This document shows positions 38,192 through 50,393 of a stretch of DNA of 64,000 nucleotides, one piece after another. Source of the stretch: Puccinia triticina (Eukaryota); assembly GCA_026914245.1 (NCBI GenBank), contig CP110439.1, positions 744,001 to 808,000 of the forward strand, given 5' to 3'. The number at the start of each line of letters is the position of its first letter. Position 1 is the first letter of the stretch. A program made the translations under genes and the position numbers. Below the pieces are notes generated by a model. That model searched no databases and was not told the DNA's origin. It saw only the letters and a program-made list of their open reading frames with translations.

Positions 38192-38418
38192 GTTTCAAAT
38201 ACACTGTGTCAAAATTTGAAAAAATGAACATACTGAAATAGTTGGTTTCAAACAGTTGGTTGTCCCCAAAAAACCAAAACTACATCCATTTCAAAAGGGA
38301 AAATTCCTGGGAAGCAGGATATTACGTTATAAGGCTGTCTAGTAGGGGCTTGCCAGGGTCCGTGGATCCATCAATCTGCAGGCTTTCTAGGTCTTATGTG
38401 GATACTTGGCACATTGTA

Positions 38419-39125
38419 AAACAGTGGAACTACTGCGCTGCAAACAGCGCGGTGGTTTTTGGGAGTGCTGTGCTGAAAATCAGTGGGACAAGCGCTGCAC
38501 TGAAAATAAGCTGGCAAGCGGGAAAAGCGGTGCGCTGAAAACAAGCAGGAAAAGCGCTGCGCTAACCGCTAATTATTTTCACTGCAAAAATCTGTAGATT
38601 TAAGGGCCTCTAAATCAGCGGTCAATCAGCGGTCAAACCGCTGAGAACAGTGGCAGCGCAGCGTAAAAACCGCTGAATGACCACTGACTGCTTTTTCAGC
38701 GTCAGCGCACTGATTTTGTGGTGCCCCAGCATGGTCATAAGGACCAAGTGAGTTCCAATGGGAGACAAACGGGTGGTGGGGAGGTTGATTGGGTGAATTA
38801 GCTATGTAGTAAACACGCTGGCAGCGCCGCTGTAACTGCATCCATGTTCAGCACCTATTCGGGCGCAGCAAAATCAGCGCGCTGAAGCCAAAAAAGCAGT
38901 CAGCGGTCATTCAGTGGTCATTCCGCTGCGCGGCGCTGATTTTCAGCGTTGGCCCCCTTTAGCGGTGCTGCGCTAACACTGATCAACAGCAGGCGTCCGC
39001 GGCAAACCACTGAACTCAGTGTTAGCGCAGCGCTAGCGCTGATTGGGGTGGAGGATCAGTGGTAGACCGCTGCACTGCGCTAAAAGTGCAGCTGATGTCA
39101 GCGCAGTGCAGCGGTTTCACCTTTG
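38419..39125. mobile_element. Degenerate MITE related to the 36908 element (7-bp TSD)
   Basis: CATTGTA / CATTGCA flanks (38412-38418, 39126-39132); ends match at about 16 of 23 nt; interior rich in CAGCGC/GCGCTG motifs like 36908-37130. Confidence 0.55.
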
Positions 39126-40527
39126 CATTGCATGTATCCTAAGATCACCACTGCGCTTCCCTATGGCCAGCTCTGGCCTGACACCTTCAACACCAGCATC
39201 TTCCATTGAAGTACGTATACTACTAAGAACTATTGAAAAATTGAAGTGGTTGTTGAAGCCACCAACTTGTGTACTGTGAGTGCGAGAGTCAAACTCACAT
39301 ACTCAGCATTCATGAGTGATGCTCTAACCATCATGAGATGATTAGTACACACAACACTTGATCAATACAATTCAATAGGATATTGGGACCAATTTGAAAT
39401 CAAATAAATCTCTGTTACCTATTTAAGCTGTTAAAATTAGCAGTAACAAGATTTTGTGTGGCCCAGCTCTATTGTAACAAGGTTGTTTTTCCTTTTTTTG
39501 TTTGCTTTTGCTTTGGGTATCACAATGCTTTATCATGTGCGGTAATGCCTTTTATCACAGTACACTTATTTTTTGCTACATATGTTGAGTAGAAGAATAT
39601 TAGGGGAGAAAACACCATTATTTCCACCTTTTTTGTTACCAGTAACAAGTAAAGGTTCCATAACTTAATCTAAGTGACTCTCCGCTACCGCAACGGAGCC
39701 CAAAAACAAATATGATAAATTTTTACTAACAGTAATACACTACCATTACAGGTAACATGGCTGAAATCAATATGTTACTGCTAAAATACCATTACTCAAA
39801 TTGTACTGGGCCAGTGTTGGTACACATTGCTATGTTGCTGTTGAATCAAAGCACAACAATGACTGACTTGTGGCAAGTATTGTCTTTTGAATAATGCTTG
39901 GAATGAATCAAGTCTTCTGGTTTGCTTATACTGCACTTAAATTTATTTTAAACTTCACACCCAACTTTAAATGAAATTGAATTCCACCTGGGATGTCTTT
40001 GTGTAACAGCCCAGTGCTTGATTGGCCCCTCCCTGCCTGTCCCATACTGGCAGAGGGCAATGGCTGGTAGGGTCAAGAAGGCGCTCCAGTTCTATATATG
40101 AACTTTATTTTTCTCTAACTCAGCTTTTAGACCCCTACTGGAGGACATTGGCTCTGTGGGTTGATTTGGCCTTGGAACTCATTTGACATCAGGCAAGATG
40201 CACCATGCAGAAAGGATATGAAACTTATGGAGTTGACCTTGGTCAACAAAACCAGAAAAAATGTGAAATTATCCAACCTTTCTTCAAAATAAAGTATGAC
40301 ATTTCTGCATAAACTTTTATTGTAAGTGCTGCACAACACTCCTACCAATGATATTCAGCTGCATTACGTGGAAGAAGACCCTATTGAAGTGTGAGCCCTG
40401 AATGTGGAGGAAATCACGTACAGAAAACCCAGCAATCAAAATTTCCCATGCACAAGAGACTTGCTAATGCAAGTAAACCTATACTAACTTACCCTTGGCT
40501 AACAAGCTGTTTGGCATGTACAGATTG

Positions 40528-43500
40528 TAGAGATCGTCTATTTTCACCCGTTGCGGGTACCTGCTATCCGCTGGCGGGTACCCGCCAGCGGGTGCGTGTT
40601 TGGGTGCGGATGCCTGAGATTCCTGAAAATTTCCGGCGGGTACCCGGGTATTACACATCCGCACCCGCTCACATATGTAGATACAGTTGACATCCAATGC
40701 AGCCGGGTCTGTCACCTGTGCTGCGGTTTCAGTAAAGCCGTGACATGCAAGACGGCTTCCCTTCCCTTCTGCCATCCACCATCAACTCCAGCTGGCATCC
40801 TCCGACAAAGCAAAAAATGCCCCGATCACGTAAGAGACTCTGACAACGCTCGGGAACCGAAGAAAACTCCAATGGAAACGGGCACACAGAATCAAATGAC
40901 AAACAAAGAGAATCCGATGACTTCCAAAAAGATGGAAACTCAACCAGCACCCCCAGTGCCACACCTGGCGGGGGCAAATCTACTGATGAACAGCGTCTAG
41001 GTAAGTAGCATATTTCTTTTGCAGTTTTGGTTGGGTTTCCAAATGCTTGCCTGATTTATAACTCTGTCTGTGCATGTAGACCATGCTAAAAAACTTGCGC
41101 AGAATCAGGTCAGTTCAGCCTATGCTTTGTACAAGATACCCGAGCTTTTGAGTCAACTGGACAAATACAGCCATCCTATGATTGCCTGGCCTTGTAAGAT
41201 GTAAGTTCCTCAGGACTTTTTTTGGTATTTTAAAGAAACAAATCAAAGAAATCTAGCTTAGACACTTCCCGACTCTCACTAGATGTGGTAAAAAGATCAA
41301 TCGACCGGCGTACGTGCAGTAATCTCCTCTCCCATGCAGCTCGATGTTCAAGGAAGCAAGAGACACCTGCAAACAAAAATACCTTGGCGTTATTTGGTGT
41401 TTGTGGGACCAGCGAGATTGACCCCCGAGAGGTGAGCACTCCTTTTTTGTCCATTTACTCTAGTTTCTCTGGTCTGACCAAATCACACATCTAGGTGTTG
41501 CAAAGATGTGCGATTTGGTGTGCCAAGGCGGCCAAACCTTTTTCAACGATTGAATCAAACAGCCTCCGGCGTATTCTGCATCCATCAATAATCAAGAATC
41601 TCCCCAGTCAAAGGATGGTCTTGAACGCGATTCATATGTTATACTTGTGTGTCCAAGAGAAATTGAGTGAAGAATTGAGGGTTGGTCTGATTTCATTTCA
41701 TTTTCGTTGGTTTTCATGATGCAAACATTTACAACGGTTTTTTTCCAGATGCACAAAGGTGCAATGTACTTGGGTGTGGATGCGTGGCAATCTCCTAACG
41801 GATTTGATATTCTAGGTGCAGTAATATACCGGCTTGTTGACAATGGTGCCGGTGATTTCACATTGGAAGCAAACCCTCTGGATTTTGTGCAGCTCCGAGG
41901 AAGGCATACTGGCAAATACCTGGCTAGTGTGGTTCAGTACATTGTTGAGAAGTTTGGATTAGAAAAACGAGTAAGATTTTTTTGTTTTATTGCATGCATT
42001 ACTAATGTATGTCTGACACCGTCCCTTCCTCCCTCAAGATCTGTGGCATTGTTTCTGACAATGCATCTAATAATGCAATGATGGTATCTGAGCTGGGAAC
42101 ACTTGGCTGGAAGCGCTTCCAAGGTGAGCCCCAGTGGATACAATGCTTTGCTCACATCCTCAACCTCATCGTCAAGGCAATTATGCGACCGTTTGGACGT
42201 CAAAAAAAAACACTGTTGAGCCTATTGAGTTGGGAGATTCCGATGATGATGATGAAGAGCCTCAAAACCTGGTGGATTGGTAAGCCAATCAATTGCACCA
42301 ATGTAAACTCAACTGATCTCACATGTTTCCGGGTTGGATTGATGGCTTTCTAGTTTTGACGACGCGAATGATGGTGACGATCCAGATGGGGAGGACCCTA
42401 ATACACTTGAAGCGGAAGAAGGAGATCTACAACCCAACAATGAGCTCACTCTTTCCGAGATCAAAGACCTTGAAAAGGAGTCGGAAGATGATTTATATAC
42501 TTCAGCCTCATGTCGTCAGTCCCTTGCAAAGGTTTGCACTCAATTCTCTCATAACTTTATTGATCACTGTATTTTTTTTCACACATCTTTACCTTCAGTT
42601 TCGTGGAATCGCAACAAAACTTAAGAAGTCCCCGAATTCTAAGGATAAATTTATCCAAATATGTTGGGAACAAAAGTGTAAGAAGCCACACAATATTGAG
42701 CGTGACGTACAGACCCGATGGAACTCGACATACAAACAGCTTGTGAGCATTGTCAGATGCAAGGAAGCAATGTGAGTCTGATTTATAATTGATGATCAAT
42801 CACTTGGGAGGTGAACTGCTCTAATTTGTTTTTCATTCCAGTATCATATGGCAACGCAACAAGCAGTTTGGGACACCTCGGAATCTACATATCAACCAGG
42901 AGGACCTAGACTTAGCGCGGCACCTTGTTCAGATTCTGGAACCGTTTTACGGATTCACTCTTCAAATATCGACCAATTCCTCGGCTCGTGTCGCTGAAGT
43001 CGTCGTCTTGATTGACCAAATCACCGCCAGCCTTTCAACGGTAATTGCAAATGAGGATGAAATTTATCCTCCAGCTTTACGAAATGCTTGTCGTGCCGGG
43101 CTTGGTATCACCAATAAATATTATTCGCTCACAGACTGCTCACCCATTTACAGAATTGCAATGGGTAAGTCTTTGTATTGGGAATAATTTATTCATAATT
43201 GCAGTTTCAAACAACTTTGCTAACACTTAAATTCAAGTTCTCCACCCATCTTTCAAAGATGAGTACTTCAAGCTTGCGAAATGGCCTCAAGATTGGATCG
43301 ATGAGGCGCTTGATCTGACTCGCGAGATGTTTGATAAGTGGTATAAGCCCAGGCGAGCCACTTTGACCGCAGGACCATCAAAAACAGCAGTATCAAAGGT
43401 AATTTTCCTTACATTCTGAATTTACAATTTAAATAAAAACAAAAATTAATATCTCTCATCTCGCCAGCCCCAGACCGGTGTCCTGATGGGGCTAGGTGCT

Positions 43501-44164
43501 GCTGCTGCTGCAAGATCAGCTGATGCTTTGTCGGACCCTGTGGACATCTGGCTTTCTGGCGGGCTCGTTCTGGACAACGGGGCGCCAGTCAATGGGCTCA
43601 AGTGGTGGGCCAAGCAGAAACGTGCTGGGAACACTCACCACGGCCTTTTACAAATGGCCCTTGATGTCTTATGCTGCCCATGTGAGCGAGTTTTTTTTAT
43701 TTCGTCAAAACAAGTAATGTTGATTCTGATCATGCTTTCTATATAAAGCTACAACCGTAGACGTAGAGCGCACCTTCAACTTTGGCAGAGATTACGTCTC
43801 TGCTAGGAGACACAACCTCAGCGCAGAATCTGTAAGTAGAGGAATGACCTTGTCGTTCTATTCGAAGAACAACAAGGTTGGACCTCTGGCTCTTCATGAG
43901 TACATGAGCAAGAATAAGGACAGGGTCAAGACAGGGGTGAAGGAAAGGGTACAAGATGTGTTGACAGTAGATTGAGATATAAATAGTAATGAAATCCGTT
44001 TGAATTAGTGAGTTTTAGTTGGCGGGTACCCGCCAATACCCGCACGGGTACCGCCGGTACCCGCTCTGCGGGTGTGGGTGCAGGTGCAGGTGTCTCATTT
44101 GGGCCAAAAATGCCGGCGGTACCCGGGTACAAAAAAATACCCGGGTGCAAATCAACGATCTCTA
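40528..44164 (+). mobile_element. hAT transposon, 3637 bp
   Basis: 8-bp TSD ACAGATTG at 40520-40527 and 44165-44172; 23-bp TIR TAGAGATCGT..ATTT.CACCCG (3 mismatches); subterminal CGGGTACCCG repeats. Confidence 0.93.
40817..43975 (+). pseudogene. hAT transposase, multi-exon, disabled
   Basis: Motifs LGVDAWQSPNG, HTGKYLA, GIVSDNASNN, CFAHILNL, RDVQTRWNST and LDVLCCP/ATTVDVER. TGA at codon 9 (40841-40843) and a frameshift at the A-run near 42202. Confidence 0.88.
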
Positions 44165-44172
44165 ACAGATTG

Positions 44173-44650
44173 CCAAAATGGTCTGCAGCACCATTGCTTT
44201 TGCTTGCAATTGTTGATGCAATGGTTTCCAGCTTCAAAACAGTATTCAATTCCTTGCTTTTGGGGTGTCCAAGCAAGTTAAACAGTACCTCAATTACTAC
44301 AGCTTGGGATGTTGCTGACTTATGGCAGTGGCAGCACTGCAAACACTATTGACAGAGGCCCAGTCCAACCTCAGGAAAGCTTTTAGGAGCGCATTGGCTC
44401 AGCAAATCTCACCAATCATGTGCATAGACAACCTTGACATTGAGCAACATGTTCATACACAATTGGTAGGCCACTGTCCACATATGTTTCACGGAACATG
44501 GTAATATTAATATGTTCATTTCCCTCCAGCTGATCTCCTCAAAAAATTGGAACCGTCGCAGCTCACTGTCAGTAGTTTTGATAACACAATGAGAAAATAT
44601 TATTCATCATTCCAAATTGAGCTGCACATGTTTCTTCCAACTCAAGACTC
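44173..44650 (+). pseudogene. Decayed transposase-like fragment (DUF6589-like from recalled motif) into which the hAT inserted
   Basis: Frame-broken peptide ISPIMCIDNLDIEQHVH...HMFHGTW directly after the right hAT TSD; many stops. Confidence 0.5.
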
Positions 44651-45498
44651 CAAAAAGCCATCAGGCTTATCAGGAGTGGTGAGCTCATTGGGGTCAGGAA
44701 GCGGAGAAGGGATTGCAGGGGAGGATTTGATGAGGTTGGTACTTTCTTGCGTCTAGATCCCATGGTCTTGGGTGGAAGAGGGATTGGTTTGAGGTGGAAG
44801 GGAGGGGGAAAGATTTCACATCATTTTTTGATATTTTTGGGGTCGGACAAATGGAGCCTAACTTATTGCCCCAAGGGCTTTGTCACATATTAGTCACCTG
44901 CAAGCTGAACAGGTCTGCAATGGGAGGCGCTCATTTCTGCCACCCCTCTGATGACTGCATCAGAGATGACTGAAGTTTATCTGTTCCAAGCACCGCGCGG
45001 TATTTAAGCACACCGTACTCCCATGTCTTGCGAAGCTGTGCCGCCGACTAAAGGCCGTCAAATAGGCAGCCTGACGCCGATCCCACAACCTTGCCGGTTG
45101 GCGTGCTGTGGTTTCAGTCTTTCCACTCAAAGAGTTGTTTTTCTGGCCTGGGCGGCTTGAAGACCGCCCGCCGTGTATGATTGTTGTTATATATCCAGCT
45201 CAACTTTGCTGTCATGTATTCGCTCCATCCCTGCCTATTGAGAACATCTATTCCAAAATAAACATAAAGTTGAAAAGGGAGCTCTGGTTGGGGCACATCA
45301 ACTCGCCCAAATATCGCAGCTAGTGAAGCAACGTTCCTTTGTCTTCCCCACCTCTGTTCATTCAATCGCAGGTTCCGGACGAAAGTGACGCCCCATCTTT
45401 CCGGTGAGAAGCATTTTCCCAATGTCTTGTCCATCTGATGTCGCGATTGCTAACAAAGAATTCTGCTGACTGCCGACAGACCCAAGGCAATTCTCATC

Positions 45499-46616
45499 AT
45501 GCCCGTCAACGCTGCCTCTGGTGCTTCTTGCACCATCAATCTCCGCCAACGAGCATCAGCCAAGCCCAGGCGATACATCTCAGTCCCTTGGCAAGAATAC
45601 AACCATGAAACGACCGTCGACCCGATGACGGGGGCTATCCAAGAAATTGTGACGATCGAATCCCCACCAGCCAGCCGATTCGAAATCGTCTTCGACATCA
45701 AACCGTCAGCTTACTCGTTGATCTGTCGCCCTGACTCGACCGCAACCACCGGTTCTCAATCCCCGTTCCCAGAGGAGGAAGAGGAGGACCACGTTTGCAA
45801 CATCTACTTGGACGGGATTGCTGTTGGTACGCACCACCGGCACAAATTGTCGTCAGACGTTCCAAAACGGAGAGACAAGATCTTCTCAGATGAAACAACT
45901 AGGTACAGATGGCTCGAATTCGCGAACGTCAAACTGGTTGATCTGAATGACTGCTCTTTAAAAGTGGTTGATCCGGCAGACAAGATCTGTGAAGATGAAG
46001 ACGTGATCAAGTCACTCGGAACGATACGAATTGATATCTTTAGATCGACTCTAGTCTACGCGCGTAGACCGCGACCCCCAAAATACCCTGGTCCGCCTCT
46101 TGTAACCACTAATCAAATGAAATTCTCGGAGCGTTCTATAAAAAATTGTCTCTCTACTACTGCTGGCTTATCTCAACAATCAATAATCAACCATACACCT
46201 AGTGATTTGACCATCGTTATCAAGGAAATCGATCCAAATCCTTTCCTTCAAGTCAGTCTTATTATTCCTTGCCCCCCCCTCTCCCTTGAATAATAGTAAC
46301 GCTGGCTGATATTCTGTGTTTGGTCTTGTTTTTAATCTAGTTTATTTTCAAATACAAACCGCGATCGGTCCTGGAAGCAGAGGGAACTATTGAACGGCCA
46401 ACGATTGAAGTAGAAGTGGACCGCAAACATGAAGAGAAATCCAACGAACAGACTGAAAATGAGAATAAACCGGATCAAGTTGAGGATGATCAATTTGTTC
46501 GCGAAATGTTAGAGCTTTCGATCTACAGTGCCCCCCACGACTTCTCAACTACCCCTACAGGGGGGTTCCAAATTTTGGAGATTTTTTATCCAAAAATTCT
46601 TTTAAAAGTGGGCTGA
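45499..46616 (+). CDS. DUF7918-like family protein, copy 5 (2 exons); C-terminus reads into a MITE
   Basis: ATG 45499 (MPVNAASGASCTI), intron 46252-46340, same conserved blocks. Lacks the KRVKxE/IIDLT tail; its last 30 codons come from the MITE at 46526. Confidence 0.8.
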
Positions 46617-47156
46617 TGCTGGGCTCTTTTTGGCCCATTTTTTGATGCAAATGTCACATTTCACCAACCAGACCTGGTAACATGCATGATAATAGTCCAA
46701 AGTCATTGAAATTTCACTGGACCCGCTGCCAAGAGAGCAATGAAGAAATATTCTTCACATTGCCACATTCCAAAGAGTGTACTGATGGATATGGCAATCA
46801 ACAATAACTAAGGAGGTACATGTTTACATAAATACCTACACCTGTAGTATGTATGTACATAGATAATTTTGTCTATAAATACATAATAAATATTCCATAA
46901 GTCCATAGTACATGTCTGTAACCACATACTATGGTCTTAAAACCAGCTGTTCCAAATTTTGCATCTGAAAAAAATGAAACTTTTTTTTGAGGCATTGCAC
47001 AGACTTCAAAGTTATATTTTTGAGTTCTCCTACGTCTGTAGGGCTCAAAAATGTATAGTTTACATGTGATACATGTCTGGTGACTTTGAACACATTGTTC
47101 AAAGTTCAATTTTTTTTTGCAGGTGCAGGGTAGTTGAGAAGTCGTGGGGGGCACTG
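46526..47156. mobile_element. Tc1/mariner-like MITE, 631 bp
   Basis: Perfect 29-bp TIR CAGTGCCCCCCACGACTTCTCAACTACCC. TA is present on the left flank only (right flank AG), so the TSD is incomplete. Confidence 0.8.
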
Positions 47157-48247
47157 AGACGGATCTAATAGCGTCGATCACTGATCTTGCCCTCCAGACC
47201 CTCATATATATCATTTCTCTTTTGACCAACCTACACACTTACCCTAAGTACTCCCCAGCCCCTTCACTATTGTGGAGAATAATATCATTTCAGGTCGTGC
47301 TGCTCCATGTCCAAGCTTGTTTTACTGCTTCATCAGCCTCCTCAGTTTACATATCTCCCTCGATCCTTTCCCATGTATCTCTGTTCCTGTTGCAGGCAGA
47401 TCTTTCTATCACCACTGGATCTCGATTGATTAGCTGGGAGAGGCATGATAAGTTTTGAGAGGTCTTGAGGCGAACAGTAGAATAAGGATATCAAAGTCGA
47501 GGATAAGCAGAAAGAATTAGCTGATGAAACCGCAACTTCCGATTGAAGGATCGAGAGATCAGGAACCCGCAAAAAACAGGTCTGTGGCATCATCTTGACT
47601 AGAGCGGGTGATGCGAAGATCCGGAAAGCATGAGTTCACCAAAGTTGTTGACATCCAGAGTGTCAACCAGAGTATATATGCCCTGTTTTGGGACCACACT
47701 TACTCACCAAAAAAACCGTACATAAACCAACCTGATTCGAAGGACCTTGGATGTAATAAATTCTTCAGGTCTCGAAATGTGGTCCAGCCGACTCCAGGTG
47801 TCTCCTGGTGTCTCTCTTTGGGGATTCGCAAACATCAATTGAGTTCAGTTGATCGACACGTGTCGCGCGCACTCCAGTTATCTTTTCAGGACAGACATGT
47901 ACAATCAATTCATTTCTGATTCCTTGGCGAGGTCAAGTTGTGTGTGTACATGTTTAGATAAACTTCCAGACAGAAAGAAGCGGGTCAGATTTGGATGAGG
48001 TTTAGTGTACAGCAGTCATAGACTGATAGAGGGGGAGGGGGATTTTGATAATTTTGGAATTGACTTTTTTTGTGTACCCAATCCTCAATCTGAAGATTGG
48101 GGATCGACAGGGATTACTTGTATCTGGTGATATGTGTATGGAGGAGCTAGTGATGGACGCATGTAATAGCAAAACAGATAGAGAGAGTCAAGGACACAGG
48201 TGCTAGAGCTTTCGACCGGATGGCGTATCGCGCAAGACGATGATAGC

Positions 48248-49300
48248 TCAGTCGAGGGGATTACGGGACGAGCTTGCAGCAGGCAGACAGCCGACCTTGG
48301 TCGGTTTCGGCTTGGGTTTCTTGAAGGGCTTCGAGGCGGCGTTCTTGGTTGCTGGTACGGTTGCCGCGGTCTTCTTCGTCGAAGCGGAGCCGGCGGAGTT
48401 GAACCGCCGGGCCTCTTCATCGAGCATCTCCTGCTGTTGATATACAATACGGGAGCCGGGTTGGGAGAGGTCGTCATCCACACATACGGGACCGCCCAAG
48501 TTTCGCAGAATGAAGACACACAAATCAGAGGAAATTGTATGCATCACAAGCTGCAAATGATGAACGCTCTTTGAATGGTTGGATATGCATCCCAGGACTG
48601 ACCAGGACAGTTGACTTCCTGCACACTAGCTTCACGTCTTCCTCCCGGATCGTAGTCCGACCCGCATGATCCGCGAAAGCCTTCAACTCCAGAGCGAGAT
48701 TTTCTATTTTTTTGATGAATTAAAAGGTAACGCAGAAACCAGGGTTAGAGTCAATCTTTATAGAGAGATAAGGTCCAATCTGATGGAGATGGATGAGTGG
48801 AATTAGGGGGTAGCCTTGGGTTATCGTTGCGATCGAGAGTGACTTGCCTGCTTGAGCGTATACGAGCTCGGTCAGGGAGGCCACAAAGGGCTCGCTCATC
48901 GACCGCCCGAGTTCGATTTCTTCTTCCTGGGCTATCTGGGCGACCGTATACCTTTTCTTGGGGAGGGCGTCCGATTGAGTTTCGAAGAGCGATCAGCTCA
49001 GTTGATCGTATTCGAGACGAAGGCTATGTAGCCGAGAATAACGTACCAGACGGCTGCTTTGAGAGACTGGAAGAACGAGCACATGAGGGACGTGTTGAGC
49101 TCCAGAGATGAGGGGCTGCTCACCTGCTCGTCGATTCCCGTCGTCAGACTTTGCTCGTCTCCCTCATCCCTGCCGATCTCCTCTCGCTCGCCCAGATCCT
49201 CGTCAACACTGTTCTCGTCACCATCCGTCGGTTTCCGCTTCCTGGCTGTGCTTGGCTCCTTTTCGCCTCCTGCCGATGTCGTCTTTGATCCTCGGACCAT
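48248..49300 (-). CDS. MHF1: CENP-S / MHF1 histone-fold protein, multi-exon
   Basis: Spliced exons read SLKAAVWYTVAQIAQEEEIELGRSMSEPFVASLTELVYAQAENLALELKAFADHAGRTTIREEDVKLVCRK, matching the CENP-S histone-fold pattern (FAxHAxRxTIxxxDV). The exact 3' end is uncertain. Confidence 0.88.
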
Positions 49301-49559
49301 ACTCCGTCCAATGTATTCCTGATTATTTGGGATATTATCTGATGGCTATGCTTGTCTGCAGTTGTTTCAGTGCGCCCATCAGCTTCCTCTCACCCAGTCG
49401 ATCATCGAAAGAGGTGCTTCCAGACTTACATATTTACCTCTTCTGTACGGATATGCCAATCAATGTGTATTTATCAACATGCTATAGCACATTCCTTCCG
49501 CAGCCAGCTCCGCGTCTCTCCACCCAGCTGTTGATACCCAACGACAAGAAAAACAACCA

Positions 49560-49745
49560 CTCTGACCGGTCATTGAGAGGACTCAACGCGACTCAAGCCT
49601 CTTGATCACCGGTACAAACCGATCATCAAGGGCCCAGGGGCGTGAGCTCTCTCGGTGACCGGCACAAACCAGTCATCGAGAGGACTCAAGCTGCTCGATG
49701 CCCAGTCATTGAGAGAATTCAAGCTCCTCAATAACCGGTTTGTAC
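49560..49745. repeat. Degenerate palindromic repeat remnant (probably MITE-derived)
   Basis: Several ACC(G/A)GTCAT(T/C)GAGAGGACTCAA-like units in both orientations; no clear termini. Confidence 0.45.
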
Positions 49746-50393
49746 AGTTAAATTTGGTTCTTACCGCGCAGTACTTTAGCTTAGCATTTGGCTGAACCAA
49801 TGCAGATGCTCTGAGAAAGAATAAATATATATTGATGTAAACAAGGGGAAGATAGAGGAAGACAATAGCCAAGCGGATTCCAGAGCGGAGAGGAAGAAAG
49901 AACGGAAGGGGCGTCTTCTTCCTTCCTTCCTTCCTTTCTTTTTTTCCTGGGTTTTCTTTCTCAGGCTCCTATGTAAGCCACCATACGACTTTGAATAAAT
50001 AAGAAAAGGAAGTGATAATGGTAGCAGGAGTGTACAGGTCTGCGGCGTTTCAGATAAGTTTTGGGAAAAAAGACGTTTCTGGTCTTGGTCTTCTTGTCGT
50101 TATGGGTGGTGAAGAGAAAGGGAAAACAGTTATATAGAAGCTACTCTAGGGGTTTATGTGTTGAACTATTCCATTTCTGGAAAGGGATAAGTTCATTTTA
50201 TTGGTCGAAGAGAGGGAAAAAAAACAAGACCAAAGGTAGAGAGAGAGATAGGACGGGAGGGAAGGCAGGCCGGATACGGCTCCAGTGAAATGTTGACTTC
50301 TTCCCTTGCAAGCGCACTCTTTATTCTCCGTCTGTTCTAAGTCAAGCATAAGGTCAAAACATGGAACCATGAAAGATGATCTTCTGAAACGGC

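Larger units (their letters stand above)
35433..38362. mobile_element. Non-autonomous TIR element hosting three nested MITEs
   Basis: Perfect 29-bp inverted repeat ACCCTGGCAAGCCCCTACTAGACAGCCTT (35436-35464 / 38331-38359); (G)TGGAT lies just outside both ends as a possible 5-6 bp TSD. Superfamily not assigned. Confidence 0.8.
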
